A stretch of DNA of 63,994 nt, the filler included, from Barthelona sp. PAP020 (lineage: Eukaryota), in the NCBI GenBank assembly GCA_040182905.1. It is 3 parts of 3 records of this genome, joined end to end, with 100 filler letters (N's around TTAATTAATTAA, not from the genome) between each part and the next. Parts side by side here need not be neighbours in the genome. Positions count along the whole stretch, not along the records: positions 1 to 25,504 come from JARQWU010000147.1; 2 more parts are not named here. The stretch is one strand, 5' to 3'. Under the pieces are notes generated by a model. The model ran no database searches, was not told where the DNA came from, and was given only the letters and a program-made list of their open reading frames with translations. This document shows positions 1-10,705 of the stretch, one piece after another. Both the position numbers and the translations under genes were made by a program. The number at the start of each line of letters is the position of its first letter. The first letter of the stretch is position 1.

Positions 1-342
1 AGTCAAATTATTTATTCTAGAGGGGAAGCAGCTTCTAAAATTTTAATTTCTGAAGCTCAAAGAGCTGTTTGGACAAATCAAGCTAGAGGAGATGCTCAAG
101 CTATAAAGCAAGTTGCTGAAGCTGAAGCATCATACATTAACAAATTACGTGAGGCCATTGAAGAAACTGATTTTGATAAAAATAACAAAATAACCGCTTC
201 ACAGTATTTTTTGGCTTGTGAATATTTGGAAGCATTGAAACAATTGGTTAGCACTGAAACCAATTTGGTTTTGGTTCCTTCAAATTCTGAAAACTTTATT
301 GAAGAGTTTTTCAAAGCCAACCCTTTAGTTAAACGTTCTTAA
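1..342 (+). CDS. SPFH/band-7 (stomatin-like, SLP-2/paraslipin-type) protein, C-terminal part; 5' end outside window
   Basis: Frame 1 open from base 1 to TAA 340-342: SQIIYSRGEAASKILISEAQ...ARGDAQAIKQVAEAEA...QYFLACEYLEALKQLVSTETNLVLVPSN, matching the Ala/Glu-rich coiled coil and 'AEQYVxAF...NTILLPSN' tail of stomatin-like proteins. Not in ORF track. Confidence 0.7.
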   Translation, partial: SQIIYSRGEAASKILISEAQRAVWTNQARGDAQAIKQVAEAEASYINKLREAIEETDFDKNNKITASQYFLACEYLEALKQLVSTETNLVLVPSNSENFIEEFFKANPLVKRS

Positions 343-846
343 TTATTTCAAAACTGTTGAAAATTCTCTTTTGTAAAAATTGCTATGTTGAAAGTATATG
401 TGTTGTAAAACGTTTCTGTTTATTTATTATTATCAATCTTTTTTCTTTGTACGAAACTTTTTCCAAATTTTCCAAAGATTATGTGATTAGTATACAATAA
501 GCCTTGATCTTTATTTATATTGGAGGGTTTATTGTTGCTTTTATGAACTCCTTTGTCATAACTCTTTTATTTCACAGGCCGAATATAAGAGACTAGTTGA
601 TAGCAAAGTCTTTTAATGAAGAAGAGAGTGAAGAGCGGAAAATTCCCATCCAGTAAAAATAACCCCCAGGTGAATAGCTCTTTCTTTTTTTGATGGTTGT
701 GGTTTTATAGGAAAGTAGTCAAAGGCTAAACTCATTTTTGAGTGAATATTTCTCTAAAGTTTAAATCTTCCAAAAAGCCCAAGTTTGAAAAAAAAAAAAC
801 CTTCAAATGACTATTTTTACAAAAGTTAACTGTTAAAATAAATGAT

Positions 847-1974
847 TCAACAATTGGCCTTCTTTTTGCCTTTTCCCTTTTTTCCCTTAACATCACTTTT
901 GTGTCTGATTCTTTTTTCAACAGTAAAAAAAGAATCAATGGTTACTTGGTTTGATTTTTTTCTTGTTCTTTTTAATCTAGTAATAGCATTAGCCACTCTT
1001 AATTCATCAAAAGTGTGTTCATTAACCAAATAATCTTTTAATTTCTCTTCATCAGGTGCTATCCATTTAAATTCTGGAATATCTTCAATAGCAGTAACAG
1101 GAGGATTTTTAAAATACTCACGAGCTTGCTCATAATCATAATCATCAGGTAATGGATACTTTTCAGGGTCCAAAGATTCAATAAAAGACCCAATATCTCC
1201 ATGTGCTAATATACCTTGATAAGCTCTATGTGGACCAACACCAGGTATTCTATCAACATAATCACACCCACAAAGAATGCAAAAGTCGATAAATTGATCC
1301 ATCGACAAATTCAATTGCTCAAGAGCAATATCAAGATCAAATTGCCATACTTTGTATTTCTTGGATTCAGCTGAAAGTAGCCTTCTTAATAATCTAGGAG
1401 CTCCAAAAGTTAAAGTATCCATATCTTCAGATGCAACGCCCCAAACTTTACCACATTTGGCAAGAGCAGCACATTGACTCTCTGCTTCTTCGGGAGCTGT
1501 TATCCAAGGAACTCCCATATATGTCAATAAAGTCTGAATATCTTCTTTGTGCTTTGTAGTAACTTTTTCTAAACGTTTTGTCTGTCTATCTATTTCTTCT
1601 ATATCATTTAATTGCAATGCGGCGTCCAATTTATCTTGTGCATCATTTCTTCTTTCTTTTCTACGAGCCAATTCACCACCTTTCAATGATGGTGGTGCAC
1701 CATCAAAAACATAAACTGGTTTGATTCCTCTTTCTAACAATCTAATAGTTCTTGAAAAAATTCCTTGAATGTGTGAAGTAGAAAAACCACTTTTATTCAT
1801 TAATTGAGAAGCTGCTGAATCAGAAGAATATTGTCTGACTGCTATTAAACATTGATAAATTGCCTGATAAGCATCAATCGCAACTGTTCTTGAACTATAT
1901 GAATCTTTTTCCCTTTCAACAATACAGCCATCTGCATTTTTCCTTAAAAAAGGAGTCAAATCATGAATTCCCAT
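847..1974 (-). CDS. FEN1: Flap endonuclease 1
   Basis: MGIHDL start, VAIDAY, KPVYVFDG, EAESQCA, SEDMDTLTFG, LCGCDY H3TH, C-terminal PIP box QVTIDSFF and basic tail. Confidence 0.97.
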   Translation of the reverse strand: MGIHDLTPFLRKNADGCIVEREKDSYSSRTVAIDAYQAIYQCLIAVRQYSSDSAASQLMNKSGFSTSHIQGIFSRTIRLLERGIKPVYVFDGAPPSLKGGELARRKERRNDAQDKLDAALQLNDIEEIDRQTKRLEKVTTKHKEDIQTLLTYMGVPWITAPEEAESQCAALAKCGKVWGVASEDMDTLTFGAPRLLRRLLSAESKKYKVWQFDLDIALEQLNLSMDQFIDFCILCGCDYVDRIPGVGPHRAYQGILAHGDIGSFIESLDPEKYPLPDDYDYEQAREYFKNPPVTAIEDIPEFKWIAPDEEKLKDYLVNEHTFDELRVANAITRLKRTRKKSNQVTIDSFFTVEKRIRHKSDVKGKKGKGKKKANC

Positions 1975-2030
1975 TAATGTTAAATAATATTGGAAAAAAA
2001 AAGTTACTCTTTTTTTATTTAACTGATTAA

Positions 2031-2867
2031 ATGGTTGAATTACCTGCTTGTACCCAAGGCGGTGATATGCACAGGTACATGATTGATATTAATATAATTG
2101 GTTGGATTATTGGAGTTGTGCTATTCTTTGGAACTGGTATAACAACACTTTTTCAATGGTTTAAAATTGCTCGAATGAAAAGTTCAAAAGGTATTTCACC
2201 GTATACGTTCTTTTTAGGAAATATTAATCAATGTAACGTATGTTTAAGTGCTTTTGTAACTAAATGGAATCAATTTTCAGGTATTTCTGGATCCTCTTTC
2301 TTAAAATCGCTTGCAACATTAATGTCTTTTCTTGATCTTGCAATTTTAATTGTTGTTTATGTTCCGATTTTAGGATTTTTTATCTATTATTATGAACATG
2401 AGAATACAAGCCATAATAAACGGCATTATAAGTTATGTAAATTTTTGTTTACGTTTAATATTGCATATGATATCATTGGATTCGTTTTAGGATATGTTTT
2501 AATTAAAATATTTGGTCAATGTAGTTCTATTGTTGCAAATTATGGGAATTTTCTTGGTTCTGTTGCTACGATTCTTAATATTATTCAATGGGCACCTCAA
2601 ATTTATACCACATTTAAATTGAAAGACCCAGGTTCTTTTTCAGTTGGTATATTAGCTACCCAAGCCCCTGGTGCAGCAGCGATGTTGTTTTTTATGATTT
2701 TTATATCAGGGGAAGCTGTTTCCACATGGGTTTCATATGCATCCTCAGCCTCACAGCAATTCATATTATTAGGAGTCATTATATGGATAAAATGCACAAA
2801 AGGATCTCGAAAGAAAATCGAATATGAAGGTTTTACCGAGCTAAATTCTGAAGAAGAAAATGTGTAA
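2031..2867 (+). CDS. PQ-loop repeat 7-TM transporter
   Basis: Multiple hydrophobic helices; two PQ-loop-like segments (LFQWFKIARMKSSKGIS; QWAPQIYTTFKLKDPGSFS). Confidence 0.85.
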   Translation: MVELPACTQGGDMHRYMIDINIIGWIIGVVLFFGTGITTLFQWFKIARMKSSKGISPYTFFLGNINQCNVCLSAFVTKWNQFSGISGSSFLKSLATLMSFLDLAILIVVYVPILGFFIYYYEHENTSHNKRHYKLCKFLFTFNIAYDIIGFVLGYVLIKIFGQCSSIVANYGNFLGSVATILNIIQWAPQIYTTFKLKDPGSFSVGILATQAPGAAAMLFFMIFISGEAVSTWVSYASSASQQFILLGVIIWIKCTKGSRKKIEYEGFTELNSEEENV

Positions 2868-2893
2868 ATTGTTTTTCGAATTTTTTTTTTTTT

Positions 2894-3481
2894 ATGAATG
2901 ATTTATTGGCTAAAGCAGGAAAAATCAGTGGAAAAATTTTAAATAATCCAATCAATTCAACAGTTTTAAAAAAACTAAAGTTTATTTTATCAAACACAGA
3001 TTATCAAACATTTTTACAATTTGGCAATACTTTCATTGAAACACCATTAAAATCGAATGTTATTTCTAACGTTGGCATTTCAACATATATCATATTTCAT
3101 TTATATAATCAATTTCAACTCAATTATGAACTTATTAAAAAAAAATCCAAACCCGAGCATTATTTGAATGGTAATTTTACCAAAGATAAACATTTGGATA
3201 TAAATTTTTTGGTCAAAAAAGAATTGTCAATCGACAAGGGCCCTATTGACCCTTGTGAACATTATTTGGCCGCTTCTTTTTTTAACTCAAAAGATAATTG
3301 TTTTTATCCAACAGTTCCAATAAACTTGCAAGCCAGTATTTTTTCTGGTTTGCCTGTTGAAGCTTTTACCCGTTTTAATACAACAGATAGCAATATTGAC
3401 AATGGATTACATATTGGCAGTGTGAATATTTTTCATCCTTTTACTACTGATTCAAATGTTTTTAAATTTCGAAATATGTAA
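2894..3481 (+). CDS. Hypothetical protein
   Basis: 195-aa ATG ORF preceded by the poly-T tract typical of starts in this window; no recognised domain. Confidence 0.55.
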   Translation: MNDLLAKAGKISGKILNNPINSTVLKKLKFILSNTDYQTFLQFGNTFIETPLKSNVISNVGISTYIIFHLYNQFQLNYELIKKKSKPEHYLNGNFTKDKHLDINFLVKKELSIDKGPIDPCEHYLAASFFNSKDNCFYPTVPINLQASIFSGLPVEAFTRFNTTDSNIDNGLHIGSVNIFHPFTTDSNVFKFRNM

Positions 3482-3663
3482 AGTTGTTTGTTGAGTTTTT
3501 TTTTTTTATTCACAATTTCTTTTTTGATTGACTGAACATTTTTAAATTAAAATGCAACACATAACAATAAAAGCACAATAAGAATCTGAAAACAAAATGA
3601 AAAGGGAAATAATAACAATTTTTTTGTGTTCAAATTTCAAAAAAAAAAACGATTTTTTAAGGA

Positions 3664-4731
3664 ATGCAGACAAAGACAACAACATTTCCACCTGCGGAAG
3701 CCCAATGTGTAAGTGCAATTATTGAAGAATGTGTTGAAAAGTTGGCTTTATTAACTGCTGTGACTCCTGATGTTTCATCAAGACGAGATGAATTGGGAAG
3801 AATATTGGGTGATGATATTACCAAAACATTAACTAAACAAAAGGATTTGGAAAATAAATTTGCATCGGTTGTGAAAGAAAAAGAGGAAACCAAAGCTGTT
3901 GGTCTATATGCTGAACGTAAAAAAAAAGCTCAAGAATATGATCAAATCGTTGAAGAAATCAAAGTTTCAACACATCATTTACAAAAGGCATTGAAAGATA
4001 ATCCCAATGTTGCTGATAATTTGGTAAGGTTACGTCAAGAACGTAGTACTTTACATACTTTATTACAGAAGACAATCAGGGAATTAAGAGGACCTGAACA
4101 TACATTTAATGATTTATGGGATGAAATTACCCAACAAAATCATGATATCAATAAACGTGAACAGATGTTAGCTTCATACCGCGAAAAAATGGTTGAATTT
4201 GATCAATTGACTGGAATTTTAGAAAAGAATCGAGCTTTGCAAGAAAAAGAATTGAATAATTATGCTACTGATATTGATGAGTTGAAAAAAGAGTTACAAA
4301 GCTTAAAAACCAAATATGAAAAGGAAAAGACATACTTCCAAGCAAATGAAGATGCCAGAACCAAATGTTTGGATTTATTGGATCAACAAAAATTGAGTAA
4401 GCAGCAAGAGATGATAAGAAATTTAGAAGAACAATATAATACAGAAAATACCGTTTTTGATAGGAACATGGCTTATTTACAGGAACGAACTGATTTCTTG
4501 GTCAAAGAAGCAAGCAAATGGCAAGAACGTCAAGAAACTGATCGATCAAGCGTTGAATATGAAATTCGGTTGTTATTAACAAAGCAAGATGAAAGAATGG
4601 AAAAATTCAGAAAGTCATGGTGTGGCGTTAAAATAGTTACTGCTTGTAGAGAATTGTTAAAAGGCAAAAAGAAAAAAAAAAAAAGTAAGAAAGGTAAAGG
4701 AAAGAAATCAACCAAAAAAAGCACCAAATAA
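3664..4731 (+). CDS. DRC9: Dynein regulatory complex subunit 9 (IQCG-like)
   Basis: EAQCVSAIIEECVEKLALL..TPDV..RDEL..LGDDI and STHHLQKALKDNPNVADNL resemble protist DRC9/IQCG; long coiled coil; Lys-rich tail. Confidence 0.75.
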   Translation: MQTKTTTFPPAEAQCVSAIIEECVEKLALLTAVTPDVSSRRDELGRILGDDITKTLTKQKDLENKFASVVKEKEETKAVGLYAERKKKAQEYDQIVEEIKVSTHHLQKALKDNPNVADNLVRLRQERSTLHTLLQKTIRELRGPEHTFNDLWDEITQQNHDINKREQMLASYREKMVEFDQLTGILEKNRALQEKELNNYATDIDELKKELQSLKTKYEKEKTYFQANEDARTKCLDLLDQQKLSKQQEMIRNLEEQYNTENTVFDRNMAYLQERTDFLVKEASKWQERQETDRSSVEYEIRLLLTKQDERMEKFRKSWCGVKIVTACRELLKGKKKKKKSKKGKGKKSTKKSTK

Positions 4732-5159
4732 TTCGTTTTGTGTGTTATTCCATTCAAAAATAGAACTTTTTTTTCACTATTTTAGTTGATTTATATTTTT
4801 TCTTTCAAAATCCAAAAATTCTCTTTTTGGGGAAAATCTTCGTGTAAATGTAGTATTTATTTGTGTTTTTTATTAAATAAAAATCTTGTCACAAATTCAA
4901 GATTTTAGAGAGAAAAATTTACAGAAAAAAAAAACAAACAATGCAAAAGAACACATTAGAATTCCTTTTTCAGTCAACATTTATTTAAAAAAAATTGAAA
5001 AAAATGACAATATTTGAAAATTCTTCGAATGATCAAACTTGACATATAATTGAAAGGCTTTTTAACGTTTTGTTTTGTTTTTTTTGGCAAAGAAAACAAT
5101 AAAAAATTAGAAAAGTTCATTTTATCATTTTTGTTCAATTTTCTCAAAAATTCATCTAA

Positions 5160-5906
5160 TTATATAATGGTTGACGTGTTACAAGCAGAATCAACTGCGA
5201 AAACATTGATAACTCCACTATCAATCGCAACAACATCACAACCATCATATATACAAGAGCTGTCCTCAAAATCGCAACCCAAAGAATGTTTAAACACACT
5301 GTTACCTCTTAAAAAAAATAAATCAGTTCTAGTCTTGTCTTTCAAAGAACAAATATCAAGAATTTTTTGTTCTTCACTCTTGGTTAACAATTCAAATTCA
5401 ATTTTATCTTGTTCATTCATATATAAATTGTCCATTGAATCCAGAACAAATACTTCAAGTTGACCATCACTTTTTAAAATTTCAATTTTTTCCAATTTAA
5501 AATCAGAAACTTGCAAACAATTTGCCCCCATTGATATTGTTTTTTCTTTTAAATCAAACTTCAAATAATGTAATGTGCCAAAACGATCACCAACATAAAT
5601 ATTGTACAATTCATCAAAAATGACTGAAGTGCCATAAATAAGTTGTTCAAAAGCGGCAAGGAATCTTGCAGCTTTATCATAAATGAAAATTTTTCCTGCC
5701 ACAGTACAACAAAAAATATATTCATAATCAAAAGAATAACATAAGCAAGAAACAGGTTCAGTTAATGAAGGATGCAATGGGGCTTCCATTTTTATGGAAC
5801 CATTATTATTATGATAAAAAAAGGCTCCTTCATCTGTTGCCACCAAAAAGCGGTTGTGTAATCCATGTGCTACATTATTAATAATCCCTTCAAATGGATT
5901 GGACAT
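5160..5906 (-). CDS. Divergent beta-propeller/WD40-like protein
   Basis: 248-aa ORF with WD-like segments (PVSCLCYSFDYEYIFCCTVAGKIFIYD; IYVGDRFGTLHYLKF). Confidence 0.55.
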   Translation of the reverse strand: MSNPFEGIINNVAHGLHNRFLVATDEGAFFYHNNNGSIKMEAPLHPSLTEPVSCLCYSFDYEYIFCCTVAGKIFIYDKAARFLAAFEQLIYGTSVIFDELYNIYVGDRFGTLHYLKFDLKEKTISMGANCLQVSDFKLEKIEILKSDGQLEVFVLDSMDNLYMNEQDKIEFELLTKSEEQKILDICSLKDKTRTDLFFLRGNSVFKHSLGCDFEDSSCIYDGCDVVAIDSGVINVFAVDSACNTSTII

Positions 5907-6002
5907 ATGTAATATGAGTTATAAAATGTAAGGAAAAAATAACAAGATAGGTTTTTCTTCCAAAACATTTTTAGTTACAGTTTATTTATTTAATGATTAT
6001 CA

Positions 6003-7505
6003 ATGCCACGAACTAAACATAAGTTGATTTTAACAAATGATAATAGTTTTGAAGAATTTTCTTTGACTGAATCATTATTACATGGATTATCAACAGAATC
6101 ACTTGAAAAACTTAAAATATTGGATAGAGCCTTAAAACAACCCCAAATTGTTGATTTTTGTATTAATGAATGGTTTTATTCGGATGTAGATTATAATTTT
6201 TTCAATATCAATGGATTTATTTCTTGTTTTTCTCAATTAATATTGCCTGATAGACCATTACCTTTGCTAACTAGACAAGAGTTGATTTCTATTCGTTCCT
6301 TAAGACCTCAACCTCGAAGATTATCAACTAAATTTTTCAGTGAACAATTGGAAACTATTAAAGAAGCAAGAAAAAACACTAGACGTGCTCAATTTTATTT
6401 ACCTAAGTTTAATATTCCAGCATCTTTGTTGTCTTCAATACATACTCCCTTAATCAGCACAAATCAATTAGTTATATATAAAACAAAGCAAAAATTATCC
6501 ATTGGACATGTTGTTGATGTAATAATCAATAGCAACGCCATTTTTTATGAAATTGCTGATTTGAAAACAAAAGCTATTCATAAAATAATTGATACAAGTG
6601 TAATGTCTGTTCCAGCAAAAGTGGAGCTATCTCATAGAGCACAAAGGTTAGTATATTATCAATGGCATCGATTTTTCCATTCTCAACAACATGTTACCAA
6701 AAGTGAATACGATCAGTCTGATTCCTTTAGCCCTTCATTATTCAGTATTCAAGCTCAAACACCTGAATTAAAAAGACCTCCTAAAGAGGGAAACGAATTT
6801 GTTTTGCTTACCCCAACGCCTCAAACTCCTGTAGCTTCAACACAGAAACCAATTTCCTTTTCAAACGCTCTACCTAATGAAGCTTTATCTTTACGATGGG
6901 CACAAGTCACATCCCAATTGGAAAAGAAGAAAAAAGTTTTGAAAGTTTTGAGCAAATGTTTCATAGTTTTAAAAAATACAAAAAATGAGGATGAAAAAGG
7001 AACTTTGAAGCAACAAATTTTATGGTTATTTCTGCATCTTTCCCAATTAAATGCTTCTTTAGAAAATAATAAAGGAGGGATAAATTCATTTATATTTACT
7101 GCAAAAGCAAATCGCAGAAACAACTTTTTACAAAATTTTTCGGAATTTTCCAAATATGCAGGCAATTTTGAAAAATGTGATTCAATTGCAAAGAAATTTG
7201 ATAGTTTCTTTTCATATTGTTTTAATGAAGCAAAAACCTTTGCAGATACTACAGTTTACAAGGTTGCTGAAAATTTGGAAAAAAAATTCAATATTTCCAT
7301 TTTTTCACATATTTTAAATGTTGTCAGAAATTTAATTTTTCAAATAAAATTAATCAGTTTGTTAAACAACCATACATATCTATTTCAAGGAAAGAAACAA
7401 TTTTTTCATTTGATGAAATTCAAAGATATGTTTCAAATTCAAAATTCAGATTTGGTTGAACAATTGTTTTACTATTTGGAGTCATTTTTAGCCATAGATA
7501 TGTAA
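6003..7505 (+). CDS. LIN9: LIN-9/Mip130/ALY homologue (DIRP domain; MuvB/DREAM subunit)
   Basis: FCINEWFYSDVD...LTRQELISIRSLRPQPRRLSTKFFSEQ matches the DIRP consensus (EWFYSxID...LTRxEW..IRxxxGKPRRxSxxFF); Tudor-like segment follows. Confidence 0.8.
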   Translation: MPRTKHKLILTNDNSFEEFSLTESLLHGLSTESLEKLKILDRALKQPQIVDFCINEWFYSDVDYNFFNINGFISCFSQLILPDRPLPLLTRQELISIRSLRPQPRRLSTKFFSEQLETIKEARKNTRRAQFYLPKFNIPASLLSSIHTPLISTNQLVIYKTKQKLSIGHVVDVIINSNAIFYEIADLKTKAIHKIIDTSVMSVPAKVELSHRAQRLVYYQWHRFFHSQQHVTKSEYDQSDSFSPSLFSIQAQTPELKRPPKEGNEFVLLTPTPQTPVASTQKPISFSNALPNEALSLRWAQVTSQLEKKKKVLKVLSKCFIVLKNTKNEDEKGTLKQQILWLFLHLSQLNASLENNKGGINSFIFTAKANRRNNFLQNFSEFSKYAGNFEKCDSIAKKFDSFFSYCFNEAKTFADTTVYKVAENLEKKFNISIFSHILNVVRNLIFQIKLISLLNNHTYLFQGKKQFFHLMKFKDMFQIQNSDLVEQLFYYLESFLAIDM

Positions 7506-7900
7506 TATATGATTTTATGCACTTTTTTTTTTTCCAAACCTTGTTTGTAATGTACCAATGTTTAAAGCAGTAAATGTGTTGTACCTTTTTTTTTCACAAC
7601 AGTCTTTTCTCATTTCATTTCAGACAGATTTTTTTTGGAGTTATAAAATGGCTAATTCAGGCATTTTTTTCAGAACTTTTTGTATATTTCAAAGGTTTAT
7701 AACATTTGATCAAAAAAAATACCCATATCAGAATGAAACTCACTCAATCAATATGTATATTTTTTTTGAATATTTTATTGTGTAACTGAATCACCATATT
7801 TAAAGGAATTTTTGCAACTTTATTAATCTAAATGAAAAAATGGTGTTTTTAACAAGCTTTCAACCAACAAAAAAATTGATAAAAATACTTTTTATAGGTT

Positions 7901-9418
7901 TTAAGAATTCTGAACACAGAATTGCTCAATGTAAGTTCTATGTGTCCAAATTTCTTGAATATTATCCATAATTATTGATGCTGTATCATCATTTTCTATT
8001 GGTGGGACAGAAAAGAGAAATAAAGAAAAAATATCAATTAATTTCAAGAATATTTGAAATATTTTCAGGTCGTTTTTTAAATTGTTTTTTGTTTGATAAA
8101 TGTTTCTATTACTTGTAAGACTAAATACTCCATCAATTAAAATTTTAATCAATGAAGACAATTTATCAAGTATAAAAATCAATCTTTGCTGAACAATATG
8201 AATTTGTGATTTCACAAATATTGAAAACATGATATATAATTCTGCTAACGTTTCAAATAAATATTCTTCATTCAATAAAACATCTTCACCTAAAAGCATT
8301 TTCTTACATTCATGTGTGAAAGCATCTAAAACTTCATAAAAAGCAATAAACCTCGCCTCAAAAGCAAATAATGCTTTAATCAAATCATTCCAACTTCCCT
8401 CATCATAACAACGACAGAGAATAGTGTATATTTTTCTTGAAGGAAAAACAACAGCAGTAGGAACAAAATTTTGAATTTTGATAACTTCATTTGATGTATT
8501 TATGTGATATTTGGCTTGTCTGTATGGTGTGATGATCTTTATATCTTCAGTAAGTTCATTTTCTTTTGTAAACTGATAAAAAAGCGAATCATCTGACTTT
8601 TGATTTTGCTGTATCTTTTCCATATTATCAATACAATTCAAACAATGTGCTATAGAAGGATCAGGTGTTAATCCAAGCTGACTATTCAAAGAAAAGGAGA
8701 TAGTAACAACGTGATCAGGTGGAAAACCTACTTTCATATTTGCTTCCTTGACATTTCGATGAATCAATATCCATGTAATGTGATGACTAGGCCCAATAAC
8801 TAGTCTTTGTTCATTGGATTTCAAGTTCCTGAAATTGGGATTTTCCAAAAAAACTAATCCGTCAACCGCTTTTAACAATAGCATGGCAGGCTTTTGAGGA
8901 CCAAAAAAAGTTAAAGGAAAAAAACCACCGCTGTCTCGACATATGTCAAATCTGTAGTGTCTTCCATTTATCAAATCAACAGGAGAAGATAATCCTAATC
9001 TCATTTTCGATAAACAAGGTTGTAGAGGTATTCCACATACCTCTAGAATTATTTGTTTGCATGAAGAAGATGAACAACACATAAATGTAATAGCAGCCCT
9101 GCAAATAAAATCTAAAGAGTGGTTAATTATTAATTTTATTATACCATTTCCTTCTAAATTAACAGATAACCAATTATTTGGTTTGTTTGGAACACAAGTC
9201 ATGTGATTTATTTCCAAATGTATTGAAGGTTCTCCCGAAAAAATAGTATTTAAAACAAATTCTTGTTCATCATCTGAAAAGGAAAAAGCTAAATTGAATA
9301 ATCCTGGTGCAACCATAGTACATCCTGAAATTTCTATTGGATATTCATCACAATATGGTATTATCTCATCCGTTTCAATTATATTCATTTTGTTGGCATT
9401 ATTTGTTGTTTCAAACAT
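7901..9418 (-). CDS. Hypothetical protein
   Basis: 505-aa uninterrupted ATG ORF; no recognised domain. Confidence 0.65.
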   Translation of the reverse strand: MFETTNNANKMNIIETDEIIPYCDEYPIEISGCTMVAPGLFNLAFSFSDDEQEFVLNTIFSGEPSIHLEINHMTCVPNKPNNWLSVNLEGNGIIKLIINHSLDFICRAAITFMCCSSSSCKQIILEVCGIPLQPCLSKMRLGLSSPVDLINGRHYRFDICRDSGGFFPLTFFGPQKPAMLLLKAVDGLVFLENPNFRNLKSNEQRLVIGPSHHITWILIHRNVKEANMKVGFPPDHVVTISFSLNSQLGLTPDPSIAHCLNCIDNMEKIQQNQKSDDSLFYQFTKENELTEDIKIITPYRQAKYHINTSNEVIKIQNFVPTAVVFPSRKIYTILCRCYDEGSWNDLIKALFAFEARFIAFYEVLDAFTHECKKMLLGEDVLLNEEYLFETLAELYIMFSIFVKSQIHIVQQRLIFILDKLSSLIKILIDGVFSLTSNRNIYQTKNNLKNDLKIFQIFLKLIDIFSLFLFSVPPIENDDTASIIMDNIQEIWTHRTYIEQFCVQNS

Positions 9419-9576
9419 TCATTATTAAAAATTATTGGATGAAAAATCTTTCCAAAAGATGCAATCTCAAACTTTTTTTGAGGTGGTTTTATATTCTGAA
9501 TCAATTGATTAACTCTAACATGTGACAAATATTTATTCCAAAGTAAAAAGTAAAAAGTAGTTTATAAAATTAAAAT

Positions 9577-10662
9577 TTAGATTTTTTTATATTTCAAATA
9601 TTGAAACATTAAAAAGATCAAAAGTTGAACAAAAGCCAAAACAAATATCATTTTTGGAAATTTCATTTCAACTTTTTGTAAACACATATTTTTGTCCATA
9701 TCACCTGTTAAGAACAAATTACAATGAGAATTTCCGCTGCAAGTGAGAATAAAATTGGAATGCACTTGTTTTTTATCCATAATTTTGTGATTATCAAAAG
9801 TAGTGACAAAACCATCATTATCACATAAAATTAGATGTTCATGTCCAATACCATCTAAACAGTTTAATGATGACCTAATTTTTTTGAAACTCTTGAGATT
9901 AATAACACAAAAACAATTTTCTGTCAACAACAAATCCACCATGGTATAACCCGATTTTTGCTTATTTTGAAAACCGACAGCAAATTTGTAGTTGTTTATC
10001 CAATAACCAGATCTGAATTTTGTTTTGGGTAATGATTTAATACACAAAATCTCCTTGTCTTCAAAAGTTGCACTATTGTCATTCATGTAATTATCAGATA
10101 GTTTCCGCATATCTAAAAGGTACATATGATCAGATACAGGAACAATTGCAGCAATATTTTCATTGGGAGATATTTTGATATCTCGAATGATATCATCACA
10201 CAACTTTATTGAATGAATCAAATTCAAATCTAATGTTTTAATATCAACTACACCATTCGACCATCCAATAAAAAGACTGCATTCAAATTGGGACAGAGCT
10301 AAGGTGCGAATAAAAGACTCATTATCATTTCCATATTTTAACTCACTTAAATCAACATTTGTATCAAGTGCCTTGGGCTCTTCGGGATTCCATAAAAAGG
10401 TAAATATTCTGTTGTGACACCCAACAAAAATAATATTTTCTGTTTCATGATAAACGACACATCGGGGAATAAACTCACCAAAATCTACTTTTTTTATTTC
10501 TTTCATTGTTATCTCTGGATCATCTTTCACAATTTCATAAACAACTAATTTGTTTTCTAAATCTGTAGACTTTCCTCCTCCACCAACACACACAAAATAT
10601 TCATCGCTTAACCAACAAAATTGATAAATAATAGTACCAAATGACTCAGAAGTAATTAACAT
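9577..10662 (-). CDS. SEC12: Sec12/PREB-like Sar1 GEF (WD40 + C-terminal TM)
   Basis: N-terminal K-loop VCVGGGGKSTDLENKL, WD repeats, C-terminal hydrophobic anchor MIFVLAFVQLLIFLMF. Confidence 0.75.
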   Translation of the reverse strand: MLITSESFGTIIYQFCWLSDEYFVCVGGGGKSTDLENKLVVYEIVKDDPEITMKEIKKVDFGEFIPRCVVYHETENIIFVGCHNRIFTFLWNPEEPKALDTNVDLSELKYGNDNESFIRTLALSQFECSLFIGWSNGVVDIKTLDLNLIHSIKLCDDIIRDIKISPNENIAAIVPVSDHMYLLDMRKLSDNYMNDNSATFEDKEILCIKSLPKTKFRSGYWINNYKFAVGFQNKQKSGYTMVDLLLTENCFCVINLKSFKKIRSSLNCLDGIGHEHLILCDNDGFVTTFDNHKIMDKKQVHSNFILTCSGNSHCNLFLTGDMDKNMCLQKVEMKFPKMIFVLAFVQLLIFLMFQYLKYKKI

Positions 10663-10705
10663 GAAAAAAGAATGGAATTATCTTTTTTTATAGATTTTTT
10701 CAATA

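Noticed and set aside
343..846. Possible small gene or snoRNA between the stomatin-like gene and FEN1
   Set aside because: Only short ORFs; no convincing CTAAC intron or snoRNA box arrangement.
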